64,000 nt of DNA from a virus (Duplodnaviria; Caudoviricetes), in IMG/VR virus record IMGVR_UViG_2643221568_000002, positions 1 through 64,000 of that record. One strand, given 5' to 3'. Both the position numbers and the translations under genes were made by a program. The notes under the pieces were generated by a model, which saw only the letters and a program-made list of their open reading frames with translations, was not told the DNA's origin and ran no database searches. Positions 46,821 through 55,942 of the stretch are shown in pieces (the stretch's first letter is position 1; each line of letters opens with the position of its first letter).

Positions 46821-47980
46821 GCTGCTTTGTCCTTCTGAGTTTTAACCTTTGGTACAGAACCCTTGCGGGTGGCGGCTTCGGAGCCGCCGAGGCCGATTGC
46901 TTCGATGACAGCGTCCAGCTTGTTGTCGACGTCCTGGACGGCCTTCATTGTGATACCGATCGCATCCTGCGCAGCGATGTTCTGCCCGTCGCCCAAGCCA
47001 GTCTGCTTGGTGAAGTCTTGGGCATAGGTGCCGATGTGGCGCCCTTCGTCGGCCACGCCTTCCTTATAGTCCCAAGCCTCAACAGGCATTGCCTTCAGCG
47101 CCTCGAGCGCTTCGCCGTCTTCGATGGTCTCTTTGTTCTCTTTCGCGTTCTCGTCTGACTTGAATAGCAGCCCGCCGATTCCGCCCAAAAAGCTGCCGAT
47201 GCCTTGCGCCCCAGCCGCATTCATTTGCTGCTTCGTCTTCCAAGCGTCCAGCTGCAGGCCATACTGCTGGTTCAGCGTGCTCGCCTGGCCAGCATATCCC
47301 TGCATAGCACCGCTAAATCCAGAGTTCATGATGGTGGAAGCAGCAAGCGCCTGGCCGTTCGTCGCTTGGTTGCCCGATAGAGCGGTACCGCTCGCCGCGA
47401 CGCTGCCGCCAGCACCCGCAGCGGCCTGCGCTGGCAAGCCTTTCCCGAGGTTAACGACGTCGGCCTTCAGAGCGAGCGCCTTATCCCTTACGCCCTGCCT
47501 TGCCGTATTGGCCGCGCCAGCTTCAGCAAGTGAAGCGCCGAGGTCAGAGGCTGCCTGGACACCGGCAAATCGACCGCTGCCGGGTGTGACACCCATAGAA
47601 GCATTGGCGCGCTCTGTGGCCGCGCGATTGGTTGCTGCTGCGGTCTGGACGTCGGCGCGGGCCTCTGCAGCTGCTTCTGCCTGCTTGGCCTCGGTACCGT
47701 AATTTTTGGCCTCATTGATGAACTCGTCTTCAATGGGCTTGTAGACGCTCTCATAGCGGGCACGGTCCTCTTTCGACCATTTAGCCTGGTCAGTCGCGAG
47801 GCCGAGCTGCTGTTCGGTGACTTTGTTGGTGAGGGCGTCCAGCTCTTTCTGGCGAACTTCGGATACCGCGAAAGCATCCTTGGCGAACGCAAGCCAGTTT
47901 TCACCGGTCTGCGCCTGCATGAGAGCGGCTTTGCCAATCTGAGGATCTGGTGCTGGTGCTGAATTGCTGCTTTTGCCCAT
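46817..47980 (-). CDS. Putative ejection protein with C-terminal S74 chaperone-like domain
   Basis: MGKSS.SAPAPDP; Ala/Gly-rich; KSDENAKENK...WDYK...HIGTYAQDF. Confidence 0.75.
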   Translation of the reverse strand: MGKSSNSAPAPDPQIGKAALMQAQTGENWLAFAKDAFAVSEVRQKELDALTNKVTEQQLGLATDQAKWSKEDRARYESVYKPIEDEFINEAKNYGTEAKQAEAAAEARADVQTAAATNRAATERANASMGVTPGSGRFAGVQAASDLGASLAEAGAANTARQGVRDKALALKADVVNLGKGLPAQAAAGAGGSVAASGTALSGNQATNGQALAASTIMNSGFSGAMQGYAGQASTLNQQYGLQLDAWKTKQQMNAAGAQGIGSFLGGIGGLLFKSDENAKENKETIEDGEALEALKAMPVEAWDYKEGVADEGRHIGTYAQDFTKQTGLGDGQNIAAQDAIGITMKAVQDVDNKLDAVIEAIGLGGSEAATRKGSVPKVKTQKDKAA

Positions 47981-48016
47981 AGTGCTGCCTTCTGGTGAGG
48001 GTCAGCGCTCATGCGC
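47978..48016 (-). promoter_or_regulatory. Late-leader switch 3 (ejection proteins)
   Basis: Minus-strand GCGCATGAGCGC 48016-48005 before ATG 47980. Confidence 0.8.
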
Positions 48017-48026
48017 AATTTGCTAT

Positions 48027-48479
48027 CTATATATCGCGATGCCCGGTTTTTCCAGCGAAGCGTTCTGGTAGCCAGCGGCATTCCTCTCGCAACATACCGT
48101 AGACAATCAGATCTTCGCCGGCGTCGCCGGCCTTACGCATGAGACCTTCGCGCTTGAAGCCGAAATGCTCGTTAAATCTGATAGCATCGGCATTGTTGAC
48201 CGAGACAAAGCTGTTGAGGCGAGGGTAGGCAAGTTGGATAAAGGGGTAGGCAAAAACCTTGATGATCAACTCGCGCGTGATCCAGCGCCGGCCGCCATCG
48301 GAAACGACAGATACCCAACAGCCGCGGGTGGTGAAGGAATCGAAGACAACAATCCCGTGGACGTCGTCGCCCGTGCATATTGCAATGGCCTTTGCGTCGT
48401 CGCGAAAGCTCAGCTTGCCGCGCTTAGCTGCTAGCGCCACCAGCTCGTCACTCGGCGAGTAGATAACCTGCTTCTTCAC
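48027..48479 (-). CDS. GNAT-family virion-assembly protein (P22 gp14-like position)
   Basis: FAYPFIQL..PRL...N..AIRFNEHFGFKREG.MR. Confidence 0.8.
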   Translation of the reverse strand: MKKQVIYSPSDELVALAAKRGKLSFRDDAKAIAICTGDDVHGIVVFDSFTTRGCWVSVVSDGGRRWITRELIIKVFAYPFIQLAYPRLNSFVSVNNADAIRFNEHFGFKREGLMRKAGDAGEDLIVYGMLREECRWLPERFAGKTGHRDI

Positions 48480-48718
48480 CGTAGAAGCTTCCCCTGCAAG
48501 GCTTGAGCGACGGCGTTAAGCCGGTTCGATATCTCCTTGATGTCCTTGAGCAAGGAGTTGAAGTCGTCTGGGGTCGGTGCCGCCGTCACCTCTTTCGTCT
48601 TCACCTGGGCGAGCTGGAGCAGCTCACGCACGTCCTCGAGCCGAACAGCGGCTCGCTCTCGCGACCCGGAGCGTGAACCGTCAAGCACTTCGAGCTTTTC
48701 GATGTGATTTGGCTGCAT
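48476..48718 (-). CDS. Small virion protein
   Basis: EKLEVLDGSR...AAVR; APT.DDFN.L. Confidence 0.7.
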   Translation of the reverse strand: MQPNHIEKLEVLDGSRSGSRERAAVRLEDVRELLQLAQVKTKEVTAAPTPDDFNSLLKDIKEISNRLNAVAQALQGKLLR

Positions 48719-48720
48719 CG

Positions 48721-50454
48721 TTAGACTCGCAGTTCATCGACGGAGGTCGCCAAGGATATGGATCCGATCGGGATGTTCGACTGAACTGCTATCTCCCAGC
48801 AGCGCGCGTTTTTCGCCGCCAACCGGCATACGGAACCGATTTTGGTTGCGGTACCGACGAGCACGCCGTCAGCAAACACACTGATGCTCGCCGACATGGG
48901 GGCAGGTAGCGGTAGGAGGGCGTCGTCGGCCAGTACCATCTCTCCGAGAGCGCTGTCATTGACAGCCGACATGAGGTGCCCAGACGCAAATATCACAGCG
49001 TTCTCTGCGGTTATTCTCGCTCGCTCGGCTTCGATCCTGGCACCATTGCTCGCGTCGCCGATCGAGCCCTGATCCACCAGAATTGCGCCAAACGTGCCAG
49101 GCCGCGGCATCCAGAACTCTTTCGAGCGCCAAGAGTAGCGCTCCGGAAAACCTGCCGGATCATCAAAACGATAGACGTTTGTGTCTCCGGGCCGCTTAAA
49201 GAAAAGCGCCGAGGTCTCGATGTCGAAAAACACTGCATCGGCGGTCTCGCCGGATCGGGTAAGGAATGGCGCGGCGTTGATGTTGATGAATAGCGCGCCG
49301 GCAGATCTGTTCCCAGCGACGTCTGTCTTGTCATAGAACATCAGATAAATGTTGCCATGCTGAGCGCCAAGGGCGGTCTGCGGGGAAAGCGCCTGCCACT
49401 CATCGCGGCGGAATAGCTGTTCCGTGACGAAATCGACCTCTCCCGATGCTCTGACGGAGACCAGCCCGTCATTGCTGGGGTAGCAAATAGCGAAGCCCAG
49501 ATCGACGATGCCGCGGGCATTTATGCAGGGGAAATTCGCCTCTAGCTTTACAGCCTGCATGGAATCGGGGTGAGAGCCGGTCATCATGTAGGGGTTCGCT
49601 TTGGTCAGCACCACGAGAACCGCACCGATGGAGGCAAGACCGACAACATCGCTGTCGCATGCCATGACATACTTTTCAGGCCAGGCATGGGGGCGCCATG
49701 GTTCGCAGAAGTAGACATCGCGCCCGACAAACGCTGCCATCATACCGTTGGGCATCGACGTGATGCCAGACAGGCCGTCTTTGGGCTCATCCCAGCCAGC
49801 TGACGGTAAAGCTTCCTGAAACGCGTCTACAGCAATATTGTCGACGAAGTCGCTGGCCGATGCTGCCCGTTCTTTGATCAGGTAAAGATATGTGCCGCTT
49901 GATCCGGTCTGCGACCGGTAGATGCGTTGAAGAGTGATAGATCTGCCCGCAGGCGCAGCAGCGAAACCGCTCAACGTGACGGTTTGACCCGGCTTCCAGT
50001 CCACGCGCGGAGACGCGGGGGATGGCGCGGTCTCCTCGCCGAAGCTCGTCACGAAGGTGTAGACGTAGGTGCGCGTCTGGGTATCGCCTGTGCCCGCTCC
50101 TCCAACGGCTGCTGCCAGTGCCGAAGTGGGGCGAGGGACGCGTAGCGGGTAAACGGCGTTCGCAATGCGGACCTTGGGGGCGCCGTCGCCGGTGTAATAG
50201 AGGCGGTCCTGCGCTACAGGGCCGGGGACTGCATCAACGTCGGTAGGCCACGACAGCCATTCGCCCTGGTGACGATAAATCGTCTTTGCGCCAGTGGTGA
50301 CGCTTTCGCCGGTTTGCAATGAACCGTTGATAGGCGTCAAACCGCCGTCGTCGAGACGCACGCCGATCGCTTCTGTTGCGGCCGTTTCGGGCAAAAGACG
50401 CGGGATGATCAGCGGCTTTTCGCCGGCAAAGGCGGACAGGGTAATACGAGCCAA
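48721..50454 (-). CDS. Tail nozzle/stabilization-type protein
   Basis: 577 aa; FAGEKP..PRLLP; FCEPWRPHAWP; CINARGIV. Confidence 0.75.
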   Translation of the reverse strand: MARITLSAFAGEKPLIIPRLLPETAATEAIGVRLDDGGLTPINGSLQTGESVTTGAKTIYRHQGEWLSWPTDVDAVPGPVAQDRLYYTGDGAPKVRIANAVYPLRVPRPTSALAAAVGGAGTGDTQTRTYVYTFVTSFGEETAPSPASPRVDWKPGQTVTLSGFAAAPAGRSITLQRIYRSQTGSSGTYLYLIKERAASASDFVDNIAVDAFQEALPSAGWDEPKDGLSGITSMPNGMMAAFVGRDVYFCEPWRPHAWPEKYVMACDSDVVGLASIGAVLVVLTKANPYMMTGSHPDSMQAVKLEANFPCINARGIVDLGFAICYPSNDGLVSVRASGEVDFVTEQLFRRDEWQALSPQTALGAQHGNIYLMFYDKTDVAGNRSAGALFININAAPFLTRSGETADAVFFDIETSALFFKRPGDTNVYRFDDPAGFPERYSWRSKEFWMPRPGTFGAILVDQGSIGDASNGARIEAERARITAENAVIFASGHLMSAVNDSALGEMVLADDALLPLPAPMSASISVFADGVLVGTATKIGSVCRLAAKNARCWEIAVQSNIPIGSISLATSVDELRV

Positions 50455-50485
50455 AACTAGCCTCCTTGCTCACGCGTGCGAAGCG

Positions 50486-50902
50486 TTAGGCCACCATGGC
50501 CTTCACCCACATCTCGTCCACTTTGGCAGGAGATAAAGCTAGCGCCTGTGCGATCAGCAGAAGCGTGGGGTGATTCCTGTTGAAGCTTTGAGCATCGGCC
50601 CATTCGATCTTGGCCTCTTCCTTCTGCAATCCCTCGGGCATCGCCTCTATGAGCGCCTCCACACCTGCGAGGGCAATGCCTTCGCGAACGAGCGTTAGGC
50701 GGAGTTGACGCCGAGTGACAGGAGAGAGAACGACCTCGGGCGTAAAGGGGAGCCACGCGCCGTCCTTCCAGACTTGCCGGGCATCCTGCGGAGAGGTCGG
50801 CACCTCAACACCCGCCGACAACTCGGGGGGCAGGTTCTCAGTGGGGCCATCGTAGCTGCCGATATACGCGCCTTCTTTATCGACAAAAAACCGCTGTTTC
50901 AT
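50486..50902 (-). CDS. Tail fibre assembly/chaperone protein
   Basis: Follows fibre; VTRRQLRLTL...IEW..A..F.R.HP. Confidence 0.75.
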   Translation of the reverse strand: MKQRFFVDKEGAYIGSYDGPTENLPPELSAGVEVPTSPQDARQVWKDGAWLPFTPEVVLSPVTRRQLRLTLVREGIALAGVEALIEAMPEGLQKEEAKIEWADAQSFNRNHPTLLLIAQALALSPAKVDEMWVKAMVA

Positions 50903-52353
50903 AGCCACGCCCTCACTTTCAGTTTCCAGCTCGCTACTGTGAGACCGAATAAGACCCCGGTAGACCAGTTACCGACTACGCCAATGCCTCCGGTGCCTAC
51001 CTTGCCGTAAACGTTGGATGCGTCTGCTTTAAGAGCCACGCCGTAGCTGCCGTTTCCGCCGTTGACAGCCCATTGATGGTCAACTCGAATTTCGTCACCT
51101 ACCGAGTACCCCTGATCCGCTGTGGCGCACACGAGATAGCACTCAAGTCTTTTAGGTTTCGCGCCAAGAGGATGGGCGAGCGTCAGGTTTCCGCCCGCCG
51201 CAATGGTCTGCTCACTACTTGCCCAGCCCGCCTGCTTGTCTGTCAGACTGGAGAGATTTGCTGTCAGTGTCTGCACGCTATTGGTCAAGGCCGCGAGGTC
51301 CAAGCTCCCCGGCACTTGATCCGCCGCATATGCCTTGATCCAGTAGGTAAAGGTCTTGTTGACCGGACGCGTTTCGGCAGCAACGCGTGGGGTGCCATTG
51401 TTGCCGTCCGGTAGGGTTGGACCGTGTCCGTTAGCCTGCGGCTGAGCGACGTTCGTCACGTCGTCATATAGTTGGTAGACGGTGTTGTATTGATTGTTGT
51501 TGACGACAGCAGAACGGTAGCCCCCCGCCGCTAGGTTGACGGGATGCCTGTGGCCCTGAAGCGCGTCCTGCTGCGCTGAACCGAATACACGCCCACTGTC
51601 TACAACCTGACCAGAACGCCAGCCGCGCGGAAAATAACCGCCCATGTCTTCAATGATCGGGTTGCCGCTGCCATCGACGCTCGCCCCATTCGCCAACAAC
51701 CAAGCTCTGAGCTGGGGGTAGGCGGTAGTGCAAGGGGCGCCATTATGGAGAAGAAAGCCAGGCGGTGGGGTGCTCCCGTTGCTTTGCATCATGATCGTAG
51801 TGCCGATAGGCAGCTCGATCTGTTGGACTTTGGTCGTGAGGTTCGTTATCGCGGTGTTCACGTTGGCTAAGGCGGTTGCCATAGTCGTCGCGAACTGGGG
51901 ATCATTTCCTAATGCGTCAGCCAGCTCCTTGAGTGTGTCCAGCGTAGAAGGCGAGCTGGCGACTAAGTCAGCGATCTTTTGTTGAATGAGCGCAGTCATC
52001 GTTGCGGTGTCGGCTTTGTCATCCAAGGCGGTGTCAACGCTAGCGATCGAAGTCACCAGGTCGGCGATCACTGCATTGGTCACCCTGATGTCGATTCGAG
52101 AGCCAGCAGGAAACTCCTTCGCCGTTGTCCCCTCCTGCGCGCGCAGCAGGGTAAGGGTCGGCCCAGTGCGTGCAGTAACTCGCACGATTTCGCGATTGCC
52201 CGCTGCGTCGACGATAGTGGCGGGGTGCCAGTCACCGACGGTAAGCACCGGGAATTTACCCGCGTCACCGTTCTGGATCGACAGCGTCGTCGCGTCCAGC
52301 GTGATCGACGATGCCAGGGTTGAAATAGCAAGGTTGGCGAGCTTGAGTGCCAT
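50899..52353 (-). CDS. Tail fibre protein with collar domain
   Basis: SPSTLDTLKELADALGNDPQFATT; FPRGW..DSGRVFGSAQQDALQGHRH...ETRPVN. Confidence 0.88.
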   Translation of the reverse strand: MALKLANLAISTLASSITLDATTLSIQNGDAGKFPVLTVGDWHPATIVDAAGNREIVRVTARTGPTLTLLRAQEGTTAKEFPAGSRIDIRVTNAVIADLVTSIASVDTALDDKADTATMTALIQQKIADLVASSPSTLDTLKELADALGNDPQFATTMATALANVNTAITNLTTKVQQIELPIGTTIMMQSNGSTPPPGFLLHNGAPCTTAYPQLRAWLLANGASVDGSGNPIIEDMGGYFPRGWRSGQVVDSGRVFGSAQQDALQGHRHPVNLAAGGYRSAVVNNNQYNTVYQLYDDVTNVAQPQANGHGPTLPDGNNGTPRVAAETRPVNKTFTYWIKAYAADQVPGSLDLAALTNSVQTLTANLSSLTDKQAGWASSEQTIAAGGNLTLAHPLGAKPKRLECYLVCATADQGYSVGDEIRVDHQWAVNGGNGSYGVALKADASNVYGKVGTGGIGVVGNWSTGVLFGLTVASWKLKVRAWL

Positions 52354-52979
52354 CAGTAATAGCTCCCCTTGGTTCGTGGGCGGGCGCCCTGTTGGCCTTT
52401 GGCGACTTTCATGGGGAGACTGTCGAGAAATGCGGCGAATTCGCTCTGCAACAGCGTTCCCATCTGCGGATTGGGCCCTGTGTCATCTGTCGGCAGCATC
52501 AGGACACGCGCCGCCGCGCCTTTTCCGATCTCGGTGCCATAATTGTCGACGAGGAAATCTGGAAGCGTGAGGGCAGATCTCGAGGGTTTCAGGATAAGCC
52601 GAACATTCAACGTCCCTGCATTGAACGGGACGACTTGGATCACACCAGGCTTGATCTGAGTGATGAACCGGGATGTGGCACCGGTTGGTTCTTCCTCGTC
52701 CCAGCCTGGAGAATTCTCGTCGAGCCATTCCGGTGTCTGCGGGGTGAGCGGGACACCATTGATGGTTGCTTTCTCGATACGAACGATCTCCGCGTCCGTT
52801 ACCGACGTCAGTTCGCTTCCTTCGTCATCGTCGATCGTGATCGAGGTGCGCTCGCGCCAGAGATCGACCTTCTCGCAGATGGCGCGTGCCGCCTCACGAA
52901 GGTAACGCACAGCGGCAGGATCAGAACAGTTTGGCGCGTGGATCAGGACTTCAGGAAGCAGCTCGTCGATGTCGCGCAT
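52353..52979 (-). CDS. Putative head-tail adaptor/tail protein
   Basis: LLPEV..HAPNCSDP...LREAA..ICEK..LW. Confidence 0.7.
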   Translation of the reverse strand: MRDIDELLPEVLIHAPNCSDPAAVRYLREAARAICEKVDLWRERTSITIDDDEGSELTSVTDAEIVRIEKATINGVPLTPQTPEWLDENSPGWDEEEPTGATSRFITQIKPGVIQVVPFNAGTLNVRLILKPSRSALTLPDFLVDNYGTEIGKGAAARVLMLPTDDTGPNPQMGTLLQSEFAAFLDSLPMKVAKGQQGARPRTKGSYY

Positions 52980-53683
52980 CAGCGCCTCCTATTCGGATTT
53001 GCTGCGGTTTCGACCTGTACCTTGATGCCGATCGCTGCGGCGAACATCTGGTAATGGGAGAGTGCCTTGTTCGGGTCGCCGGCAATGTCATCTTTGGAGA
53101 AAGCACGGAACAGCACATAGTCAAGCAGTGGAACGGAGTAGGGCTCTGGTAGACCTGTCTCAACATTCCATGCGTCGAGCGTCGCCTCGTCCGTGTTTGC
53201 GATGGGTGAGACCGGGGCAGGGAGGTAGGATATCGCCGCTTCGACTATCCCGGTGCCGTCATTGCCTGGGTAGGAGTAGAACTCGAGCGGCAAGTTCTCG
53301 TCGAACACGACCTGGCGCACTTCCTTCCGGAATGGTTGAGCGGTGGGGCTGTGCCAGTTCGGCTCCTGTGCATCCAGCAGCGCTCGAGCCGCCGTCCGGA
53401 TTGCCCTGCCACCAATGCGGTTTGGGCCAGCATCGACGAGGTTGCGATTGACCCCAAGAAGCTGCAAGGGCGTCACACCATCGATAGTATCCGGCAGAAC
53501 GTGATGCGTTCCAGCGCCCAGCGCGATCGGTGCGGTCTTTGAGGATGATGATGGCTTTGCGAGAATGACGGCCTTGACGGCTTCATTCAGCCAAGCGGCC
53601 AGCTCTGGGAGAGGCCAGCGCACATACTCCTGATCAAGGAGCTGGACGCCGGCGTTCTTTAGGATGTCTTTTGCCTTCGGCAT
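52979..53683 (-). CDS. Putative adaptor protein (DUF6682-like)
   Basis: VRWPLPELAAWLNEA; LLDYVLFRAFSKD. Confidence 0.75.
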   Translation of the reverse strand: MPKAKDILKNAGVQLLDQEYVRWPLPELAAWLNEAVKAVILAKPSSSSKTAPIALGAGTHHVLPDTIDGVTPLQLLGVNRNLVDAGPNRIGGRAIRTAARALLDAQEPNWHSPTAQPFRKEVRQVVFDENLPLEFYSYPGNDGTGIVEAAISYLPAPVSPIANTDEATLDAWNVETGLPEPYSVPLLDYVLFRAFSKDDIAGDPNKALSHYQMFAAAIGIKVQVETAANPNRRR

Positions 53684-53686
53684 AGA

Positions 53687-54098
53687 TCACGCTTTGCTGG
53701 TTGCGCGGGCCTTTTTCGGCTTGACTTCAGGGGCAGGGGCAACACCTTCTTCGGTGCCTTCGGTGCCTTCGGTGCCTTCGGTGCCTTCGGTGCCTTCGGT
53801 GCCTTCGGTGCCTTCGGTGCCTTCGGTGCCTTCGGTGCCTTCCTTCGGTGCCTTCGGTGCCTTCGGTGCCTTCGCCTGGCGTTCCGCCGCTCAGAAACGC
53901 GGGGAGTTCAGTTTCTTCCGGCTGCTCTGGCACCAGCGGAACTTCACGGTAGTGCTGTACATTCAGGAAGATCGAACGATGAAGCATGCTGCCAACGTCG
54001 TTGACGAAGCGGCCATATTCATCGCGTTCGAAATAGTATGACGTTCCGCCGATGGTCTGTTCGGTATAGCCGGTGGTGCACTCGATGACTGTCTTCAT
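53687..54098 (-). pseudogene. Virion-associated gene frameshifted within a 9-bp tandem repeat (real or assembly error)
   Basis: Removing the TTCC at 53840-53843 gives (EGT)n...EVKPKKARATSKA* ending at 53687, next to the downstream ATG. Confidence 0.6.
53750..53870. repeat. 9-bp tandem repeat TTCGGTGCC x13 with one TTCC interruption
   Basis: 10 units + TTCC + 3 units. Confidence 0.95.
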
Positions 54099-54112
54099 GA
54101 CAAGCTCCTTTG

Positions 54113-54136
54113 AAAAAGGGGGCTCGCGGCCCCCTC
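54113..54136 (-). terminator. Intrinsic terminator
   Basis: GAGGGGGCCGCGAGCCCCCUUUUU. Confidence 0.75.
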
Positions 54137-54157
54137 ATTGATGCGCCGTGACGGCTG

Positions 54158-54619
54158 TTACTCAGAGACGAGGAAGACGGTCAGACCCATCTGTCCGGCC
54201 ACGAACGTTGCGGCTGCCGCCGTGAACTTGATGCCGATCGAGCGATCGTTGTTCGCGGAGCTGGTGCGGTAGGCGCCCTTAGTCAACGGGCGAGCCGCGA
54301 CACCGTTCTGAGAAATCGTCGAACCGGCGAAGAACTCATTGCCGCACGTGCGTGCCTGGTTCTCTTCGCCGAAAGAGCCGCTCATGATGCCGACGTCGAA
54401 GGCAATCGTCGGCGCGGCGTTCGAATCGAGATCGTCGCTGTCAGCGATGATTTCAGCGACACGGCAGTTGGAGGGGATGCAGGCAAGCTCCAGAATGTCG
54501 CCAACGGCTGGGTTGGCGGCGATCTGGTGCGAGAAGCGGATAGCGACCACTTCGCCAGCGGTGGATGGGTAGGAAATGGCTTCCGTGCCCTTGGCATATT
54601 TGCTCTGAATGAGCGTCAT
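54158..54619 (-). CDS. Putative capsid decoration/minor head protein
   Basis: Follows MCP; DSDDLDS...FDVGIMSG. Confidence 0.7.
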   Translation of the reverse strand: MTLIQSKYAKGTEAISYPSTAGEVVAIRFSHQIAANPAVGDILELACIPSNCRVAEIIADSDDLDSNAAPTIAFDVGIMSGSFGEENQARTCGNEFFAGSTISQNGVAARPLTKGAYRTSSANNDRSIGIKFTAAAATFVAGQMGLTVFLVSE

Positions 54620-54660
54620 CTCGAAAGTCCTTCAGGTGGAAGGGTCGCTAAGACCGATGG

Positions 54661-54688
54661 AAAGGTGAAAGCCCGACCGAAGCCGGGC
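54661..54688 (-). terminator. Terminator/stability hairpin after MCP
   Basis: GCCCGGC-UUCG-GUCGGGC followed by UUUCACCUUU. Confidence 0.7.
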
Positions 54689-54694
54689 CAATCG

Positions 54695-55792
54695 TTAAGC
54701 GTTGGGGTCCTTCGCGGCGGTATCGACCGAGATCACACCATAATCGCGACCGTTGAAGCGCGTCTTCTTCACACCGGCGATGACACCGGAAGCGACGACG
54801 GGCTCGTTACCGTGGTCCTTGGTTTCTTCCGTCCATGTGTAACGGAAGCCACCGGCAGAGCCGAACGCGATGACGGCGGCTTGGCGGCCGATGAAGAGTG
54901 CGCGGCCAGCTTTGACGTTCCCGCCAGCACCGTAGTCACCAAAGCGGATTGCCCACTCGTGGCTGTGAAGCACAGTGTTGTTGACCATGCCGAGGCCACC
55001 CTTGAAGATCGGATTATTCCGTCCTTCTGCCGTCGCCGCTGCCTTCTGGATTTCAAGCCAGCCACCGGCGTCGTTGGTGCGCAGGTCATGTTCCTGGAAC
55101 GGGTTCATGACCATGACGTAGTGCGCTTCGCCATTGATCATGATCGGCATCATGTTGGCGTTCTTCGGGTCTTTGGCCGACATCATGCGGGCCTTGACCT
55201 GTGCGCGCTCGATCAGCGACCGGGACATGATGTCCGACGCATCGATCGAGGCCTTAGAGGTGGCGTCGCCACCGTACAGGATGTGATCGGCGTCGGGCGC
55301 CTCGATCGGGTTTTCCGCGTGGCCGGTCCATTCAACCGACTCGATGAAGTCTTCGTTGGTGCCGCGCGAGCCGGACAGGTAGATGAAGGTCATCTGGTCG
55401 TTGAATTTCGACCAGTAGTCAGAAAGGCGGTTCTTGCCGATCTGGCGCATGTTGTGGGCGGTGCGCTTGCGGGACATTTTGCCGCCAGCAGAAACACCGT
55501 GGCGCATCTGGTCAATCTTCAGCTGGTCGCTGAAGAAGCGCAGGCTCTCTTCCTTGCCTTCCAGGCGGTTGTCGCCGTAGGTAGGCTTGTTGCGGAGCTG
55601 GACGGACAGGTCGAAGGTGATGGTATCGCCGGCTTCCGATTCGAGATCGGTAAGACGCTGGATCGCGAATTCGTCAGACGTGCCGACGAACTTACGGTCG
55701 AAGTAGCTCTTCTTGGTGATGTCAATGAAAAGCCCACCAGACCACTTTTTCTGGGCTTTCGGATCGCCAAAGGCAACCACGGTCTTGGTCAT
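54695..55792 (-). CDS. Major capsid protein (N4-gp56/DUF4043 family)
   Basis: GDPKAQKKWS; DLESEAGDTITFDL; LEGKEESL; IDQMRHGV; GGAG SD before ATG 55792. Confidence 0.92.
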   Translation of the reverse strand: MTKTVVAFGDPKAQKKWSGGLFIDITKKSYFDRKFVGTSDEFAIQRLTDLESEAGDTITFDLSVQLRNKPTYGDNRLEGKEESLRFFSDQLKIDQMRHGVSAGGKMSRKRTAHNMRQIGKNRLSDYWSKFNDQMTFIYLSGSRGTNEDFIESVEWTGHAENPIEAPDADHILYGGDATSKASIDASDIMSRSLIERAQVKARMMSAKDPKNANMMPIMINGEAHYVMVMNPFQEHDLRTNDAGGWLEIQKAAATAEGRNNPIFKGGLGMVNNTVLHSHEWAIRFGDYGAGGNVKAGRALFIGRQAAVIAFGSAGGFRYTWTEETKDHGNEPVVASGVIAGVKKTRFNGRDYGVISVDTAAKDPNA

Positions 55793-55833
55793 GAGTGATG
55801 TCTCCGGTTCAGGAACAAACAGCACTCATGCGC
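55790..55833 (-). promoter_or_regulatory. Late-leader switch 4 (major capsid)
   Basis: GCGCATGAGTGC 55833-55822; CAUGAGUG pairs perfectly with CACUCAUG containing the start codon. Confidence 0.85.
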
Positions 55834-55904
55834 ATTGATACTCTGATTACTGGAAATGCTGGATTGTTGCAACACGTAACGCGTGATACTGGAGGAGATC
55901 GCTA

Positions 55905-55942
55905 GCGCATGAGTGCGGCCTCTTCTTCGGAGCGCACACATG
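55905..55942 (+). promoter_or_regulatory. Late-leader switch 5 (lysis)
   Basis: GCGCATGAGTGC 55905-55916; CAUGAGUGCG pairs with CGCACACAUG (start 55940). Confidence 0.85.

Noticed and set aside
50455-50485. ACGCGTGAGCAAGGAGG upstream of the nozzle-like gene
   Set aside because: Too degenerate to call a sixth switch leader without a covariance model
53750-53870. Repeat array as CRISPR
   Set aside because: Head-to-tail 9-mers with no spacers and no cas genes
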